Shown here: positions 58,122-64,000 of the stretch, in pieces | How the letters are laid out: each line of letters opens with the position of its first letter | Numbering within the stretch: the first letter of the stretch is position 1 | NCBI RefSeq assembly: GCF_009914755.1 | Contig: NC_060932.1 | Source: the human T2T-CHM13v2.0 reference genome, Homo sapiens | Reading direction: 5' to 3' (one strand) | Length of the DNA stretch: 64,000 bases | Made by a program: the position numbers and the translations under genes | Notes under the pieces: model-generated | What the model saw: only the letters and a program-made list of their open reading frames with translations | The model's database searches: none | What the model was told of the DNA's origin: nothing

Positions 58122-59020
58122 CTTTGTGGTTTTATCTACTTTTGGTCTTTGATGATGATGATGTACAGATGGGTTTTTGGTGTGGATGTCCTTTCTGTTT
58201 GTTAGTTTTCCTTCTAACAGACAGGACCCTCAGCTGCAGGTCTGTTGGAATACCCTGCCACGTGAGGTGTCAGTGTGCCCCTGCTGGGGGGTGCCTCCTC
58301 CCAGTTAGGCTGCTCAGGGGTCAGGGGTCAGGGACCCACTTGAGGAGGCAGTCTGCCCGTTCTCAGATCTCCAGCTGCGTGCTGGGAGAACCACTGCTCT
58401 CTTCAAAGCTGTCAGACAGGGACATTTAAGTCTGCAGAGGTTACTACTGCTGTCTTTTTGTTTGTCTGTGCCCTGCCCCCAGAGGTGGAGCCTACACAGG
58501 CAGGCAGGCCTCCTTGAGCTGTGGTGGGCTCCACCCAGTTGGAGCTTCCCAGCTGCTTTGTTTACCTAATCAAGCCTGGGCAATGGCGGGCGCCCCTCCT
58601 CCAGCCTCGCGGCCGCCTTGCAGTTTGATCTCAGACTGCTGTGCTAGCAATCAGCGAGACTCCATGGGCATAGGACCCTCCGAGCCAGGTGCCGGATATA
58701 ATCTGGTGGTGCGCCGTTTTTTAAGCCGGTCCGAAAAGCCCAATATTCGGGTGGGAGTGACCCGATTTTCCAGGTATGTCCGTCACCCCTTTCTTTGACT
58801 GGGAAAGGGAACTCCCTGACCCCTTGCGCTTCCTGAGTGAGGCAGTGCCTCGCCCTGCTTCGGCTCGCGCACGGTGAGCGCACCCACTGACCTGCGCCCA
58901 CTGTCTGGCCCTCCCTAGTGAGATGAACCCGGTACCTCAGATGGAAATGCAGAAATCACCCGTCTTCTGCGTCGCTCACGCTGGGAGCTGTAGACCGGAG
59001 CTGTTCCTATTCGGCCATCC
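58122..59020 (-). promoter_or_regulatory. L1 5' UTR internal sense/antisense promoter, CpG-rich
   Basis: CpG-rich 58580-59020, the main extended CpG cluster outside Alus; promoter role follows from established L1 biology. Confidence 0.8.
58583..58798 (+). CDS. L1 ORF0 (antisense 5' UTR ORF, 71 aa), intact reading frame; expression unknown
   Basis: MAGAPPPASRPPCSLISDCCASNQRDS...RVGVTRFSRYVRHPFL* within ORF 58514-58798; strong Kozak context gcaATGg. Confidence 0.8.
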   Translation: MAGAPPPASRPPCSLISDCCASNQRDSMGIGPSEPGAGYNLVVRRFLSRSEKPNIRVGVTRFSRYVRHPFL

Positions 59021-60776
59021 TACCTTTCTTCTTAAAGTACGCACTTTATGACTTCTCTTTGACATATCAAAATTGCCATATCCACACTACTCATGTGATT
59101 TGTGGCTATTATTAAGCAAAATAACGGTTACTTGAACATAGGCCTGCAAGAGCACAGCCATCTGAGAACCGAAATGTCTGGTCAGTGACTATTGGGCAGG
59201 AAGCATGGCCCCAAGGTGGACAGGGCTGGATGCCACGAGATTTGATCACATTATTCAGAATGGCATGCAATTTAAATCTTATGAATGTTCATTTCTAAAA
59301 TTTCCTATTTAATATTTTTGGATCATATTTGACAACATATAACTGAATCCAGAGAAAGTAAAAATGGAGATAAGGGCGTGGGCCTACTGCACTTTTTGTG
59401 GGTGTGCACAGCTGGTTATAAGAGTATTCCGGTAATTTAAGAGGTTAAAATTTAGAGGTAAAGCATGTGAGATCATTCCCTTAGGGAAGAAGAAATGCAT
59501 CACCTAAAAATAAATCAGATTATTATCCATATTAGGAATTTCTGTGATTTTCCTACTTCTTTTTGAGTACCCATGCTTTGTGCCATAGTGATTTGAAAAA
59601 AAGCCAGCTCAGTCTTGCTTTTGTTTGTGTTTCTTCTTTGGAATAGAGAGCAACTTCATTAAAATCCTTCTTCTTTTATTTATTCATTGGCAAATATAGA
59701 AGTAGAGATGAAGTTATATGTATGGCTCAATATATTTGGAATAGTAAGCCATAAATATATATTTCAAGCGAAATTTGTTCTTATATCACAGAATCATAAA
59801 TTCAATTATAAAAAATGTAGCAAAGAGAAGCACAGAGGCATTATACAGACTTGACATTGTGCAATATTTCTGCATAGGACATCATTTTATAGGAAGGCAT
59901 ACATGCATATATATATATATATACACACACACAGCATGTAAAACTTATTTTGTTGAAAGAAATGTAGTCAGGTTTTGAATCTGCTACTTACTAATAGTAT
60001 GGCTTTATCACATAATTTCATCTTTCTTGAACAAGGTTCCAATGAGATGCTAAGTGTTGCTTTTCTTTTTCTGGACTTTTGATCACACATGATAGAATCA
60101 AGACCATTTGCACAAGGTAAGCTCAAAAATTAGGGAACTGACTGGGACTTAGTTCATCACTCACTTCTCCAGTTACAATCAAAGTCAAGGAAATTGACCA
60201 AGAGATGACAGTAGTGGAGATTCCTTAGAAAAAACAAACAATGTGAAGTCCATATTCAATCCATACCTCTCTGGGGAAAGATGAGAGCATCTTTTCCCAC
60301 ACCCCAAAGTAACTAAGGTGAGCTTCAGGGAATTATAAGACAGACTGATGTTAGATTTCTTGAATATAAATGGGACCATATAAATTGGTTTTTACTCATA
60401 CCTGGAAATGTCTAAAGATTAAGAGCTGAATAGAGCTACCCCTGATTTCAGAGGAAAAGGAGAAGGCAAGAATGGGAATGCAGCTACCACCAATATCATG
60501 GCAAAGATGTGTGCTTCCTTTTGGCCAGCTATGGACCCCAAGAATGAATACTGACTTGATTTTGAAAAGGGCTTTATTCAAAAGAATCGTGGTGGTATTT
60601 TGGGGAGAGGGGGTAAGACGCTAAAAAAATTCTGTATGGGTTAATTAGTCATATGCTACTGCTAGAAAGTGAGGGGACAGGAGTATGCTGTGAAAATAAT
60701 CAGTTGCATCATCTAGAAATAGAAGATGCAAGTTATCTCAAAGATTAGTTCACTTAATGATCCACAAAAGCTTTTT

Positions 60777-61057
60777 TGTTTTTCTTTTAAGACAGGATTT
60801 TACTCCTATTGCCCAGGCTGGAAGTCAGTGGAGCAAACACGGCTGACTCACTGCAGCCTCAACCTTTTGGGCTCAAGCGATCCTCCTGCCTCTCCTGGGA
60901 CTACCGACGGTGCCATACCCAGCTAATTTTATAAATATTTGTAGAGACAGTTTCACTATGTTAGCCAGGCTGGTTTCAAACCCCTGGACTCAAGATATCC
61001 TCCAGAATTGACTTCCCTAAGTGCTGGGATTACAGGCATGAGCCACCAAGCCTGGCC
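60777..61057 (-). mobile_element. AluJ
   Basis: Antisense Alu with gctcaagcgatcctcc; TSD ccacaaaagcttttt / tcgcaaaagcttttt. Confidence 0.93.
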
Positions 61058-61293
61058 TCGCAAAAGCTTTTTGAGTGGGGAAAAATACTGTGTTTGGAGA
61101 GCTATCATATATGACGATGTTTTCAAGAGTTAAATACTGAGATGTTGCAACATGAGACTTTTTATTTGTTTGTTCTTCCTTTCCCCCTCTTTTATACCTC
61201 CCCATTCTGTGACAGTTTGGAGGAACTAGAAACAACGCGGGGAATGGAGGGAAAATTGCAAAGCCAAAATGAATAATAGAAAAGAATGCACCC

Positions 61294-61595
<302 letters not shown>

Positions 61596-61985
61596 AGAAA
61601 ATAATGCACCCCTTCTTTCCTGCCCATCCCCTGTAGTTTATGGAGCCTAAGTTAGGCCTGAACTTAAAGGGAGAAAAATATTTTAAAATATGAGAAATAT
61701 ATATTAGATTGTACTAGACCTTTAGAACCTGAAAGACAACTTGTTAATACCTTGAAGTTATTGGAAAATCTTGCTTAGATAGAACTAGCAGCTGTGATGA
61801 TGTGAAAGACTAATGTTACATTTTGCTTAAAACCTAGTAAGTCTGTTTCATTCAAGAAACTATCACTATGTTATATACAATCAAGTAGTACAATGTTTCC
61901 CCCACACAGACTCTGATAATGAGCAATATTGTCCTTTGATTTCATAAAATAATAATTGTAAGTAATTGTTAGTAATTTTAGTAAT

Positions 61986-62101
61986 TAATGTAAATGGTTT
62001 ATCATATATTGTTGAAAGATATATTAAATGCATTGTTGAGAGATTAACATATCTTGTAATGTAAATGCTTTATCACACATTGTTGAAAGATATGTTAATC
62101 T
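61986..62101. repeat. 42-bp direct duplication with templated and inverted spacer
   Basis: 61986-62027 vs 62057-62098 match at 38/42; 62041-62055 is the exact reverse complement of 62087-62101. Confidence 0.9.
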
Positions 62102-62270
62102 TTCAGTAATCACAAGAGGTAGGAATAATTAATGTCCTATTTGACAGATGCATAGAGTGAGACTTAGAATGATTAAGTAATACTCTTAAAGGCATGCAGC
62201 CAGTAACAGAGAATGCCTGAATTTTAACCGAGGTCTGTCTGACTCCAAAGTCTTAAGGACTCTGCTCTAT
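62090..62270 (-). mobile_element. MIR
   Basis: gaggtagg, tttgacagatg, gattaagtaa, aggtctgtctgactccaaagtc. Confidence 0.7.
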
Positions 62271-63129
62271 TAGGTCATTTCTCATTCTCATTTAATATAC
62301 TCTGTCTCCAAATAAGCTATTAGCCAAATTTTACAACCAGAATAATTTACACTGTTCTGACCTGACTCCAGGGTTAAATAAAGAGGGGACAACATTTTTC
62401 TGGCCTCACTTTTATGCATGCTTTTCTCTAGGGCTGTTTTATAAGCTCATTATATAAAAGAGATACAGGGTGGGATATCATAAATGTCAGCTATGCAACT
62501 CCATATCAGGACAGTATAAAAACTCTACTAAGGAACTTGTCTTAAAAGCTGGGCCAGGACGACAGCTGTGTAAATATTTATGTAAATGAGTCAAGGTTTA
62601 GTAAAAATTCCACCCTTGTGGCTGGTTTTTTAAATTGTATTGGAGTCTATGTTTCCACTTGATCCAATATTGCTCTAAATACAATCTTGGATTTTATGAC
62701 TCACATTTAGTAAATGATAATTAGATTTTAAAGCAATTTTATCAGTTTACTCTTTTAAGGAAGGTAATATCCAACTCTGATATAAAGATAATATAAGGCA
62801 GTGAGTAGTTCACCTTTCTAATACACTATATTGCCAAAGGTGACTTGAAACAGAACTAAGTTTTTGTTTCAGTTATTTTTTCTTTTTTTTTTTTTCAAAT
62901 TTAGGGGACTATTTTAAATGAAGTAATCAAATCATTTTCCTCTAATTATTATCACAGGTATTCAGTATATTGTGCAATCAAGTCATATTGTTACAACAAA
63001 TTGCTGAAAGAAAATTACTAACAACCTGATTTACAAAATTTGCATGATACCTTCTAAAAATTTTCTTTTTAAGGATTTCAGGTGCAGAGAATTAGCTTAA
63101 TTAAAACACTTTCTTCCTGAAAGATAACT

Positions 63130-63460
63130 TTATTTTGTATAAATTGTGTTTTTTAGATTTTATCATGCTTTATTTTACTTTATTCTTTAATAATAGAGTG
63201 AACACCTATGTACCACAAACCAAAACATAGTCAATAATTTAGATACACCTATATGCTCACTTTTACCATCTCCTTGCCTCTCCCTCAAAGTTGACACTAT
63301 TCTAAATATTGCCTTTAGCATTTCCTTGTTTATTTTTTCAAATTTAGCTCACTTGTGTGTATAAGATAGGTGTATATATTGCTTAGTTTTGTTTTTCAAC
63401 TATTTATAAAGTAGATGATTCAGACAGCATTGTTTAATGACTCACTACTCAGCTTTAAAA
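63130..63460 (-). mobile_element. L1ME-type 3' fragment
   Basis: gtgaacacctatgtacca, cactattctaaat, tatattgcttagttttg. Confidence 0.5.
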
Positions 63461-63542
63461 AACAGTGATATAAAAGATTAAATGGTAAGTGTAGAATCAT
63501 TAAAATATGTGCATGCTAAATGCAACTGAAAGGCTACTTAGA

Positions 63543-63640
63543 TTTTTTAAAATATTTTTCTTCTTTTATTGATGCACAATATTTTACCTATGTATGAGGT
63601 ACATGTATGTTTCACATGCATAGAATATATAATGAACTAG
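63543..63640 (-). mobile_element. L1MA1-3 3' terminal fragment
   Basis: ttttattgatgcacaatattttacctatgtatgaggtacatgt..acatgcatagaatatataatga. Confidence 0.65.
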
Positions 63641-63852
63641 TTTTATTTAGATTTATTAGATTTAGCATGACAGAGGGAAAAGAATATTAACATAAGAAAA
63701 TCTGTATTTTATTATTTCTGATTAAAATATATTATAAATTAGTATAGATCAGAACTTTCTATCTTGGCCTGAAATTCTATGTTGAAAAAGTACAGGATTA
63801 GGATCACAAACAAAATGAAACAGAAAATGTGGTTTAAAGAAATATCATAGAG

Positions 63853-64000
63853 CAGTGGCCTCCAATCTTTTTGGCACCAGGGACCAGTTTCATGGAAGAA
63901 AACTTCCAAGGGCTGGGGAGGCGGACGGTTTCGGGATGATTCAAGTGCATTACATTTGTTGTGCAGTTTATTTCTATTATTATTACATTGTAATTCATAA
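63853..64000 (-). mobile_element. MER1A (hAT-Charlie), runs off window end
   Basis: ctttttggcaccagggaccagtttcatggaaga...ggtttcgggatgattcaagtgcattacattt. Confidence 0.88.

Overview
AT-rich primate (human or other ape-like; species not determinable here) genomic DNA with no recognisable host protein-coding exon, most likely intergenic or deep intronic. A large part of the window is layered transposable elements, identified from my recollection of family consensus sequences, so subfamily names and boundaries are approximate. The main elements are: a near-full-length young L1 (L1PA2/L1PA3-6030-like, minus strand, ~52997-59020) with broken ORF1/ORF2, an intact antisense ORF0 and a clipped YY1 site, inserted in a MER44; a full-length old L1PA15/16 (~32512-40021) carrying an AluS and an LTR9, itself nested in a Charlie1 hAT transposon; and a Ricksha (MULE) transposon with a readable transposase fossil. 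Also present are two 5'-inverted old L1s, a Y1 RNA retrocopy, six Alus, and MaLR/ERV LTRs, MITEs, L2s and MIRs. The most unusual non-catalogue signals are several short templated-duplication scars, including two copy pairs about 1.3 kb apart. I found no evidence for a new multi-gene biological system. The long ORFs are L1-derived and the rest of the ORF track looks spurious.
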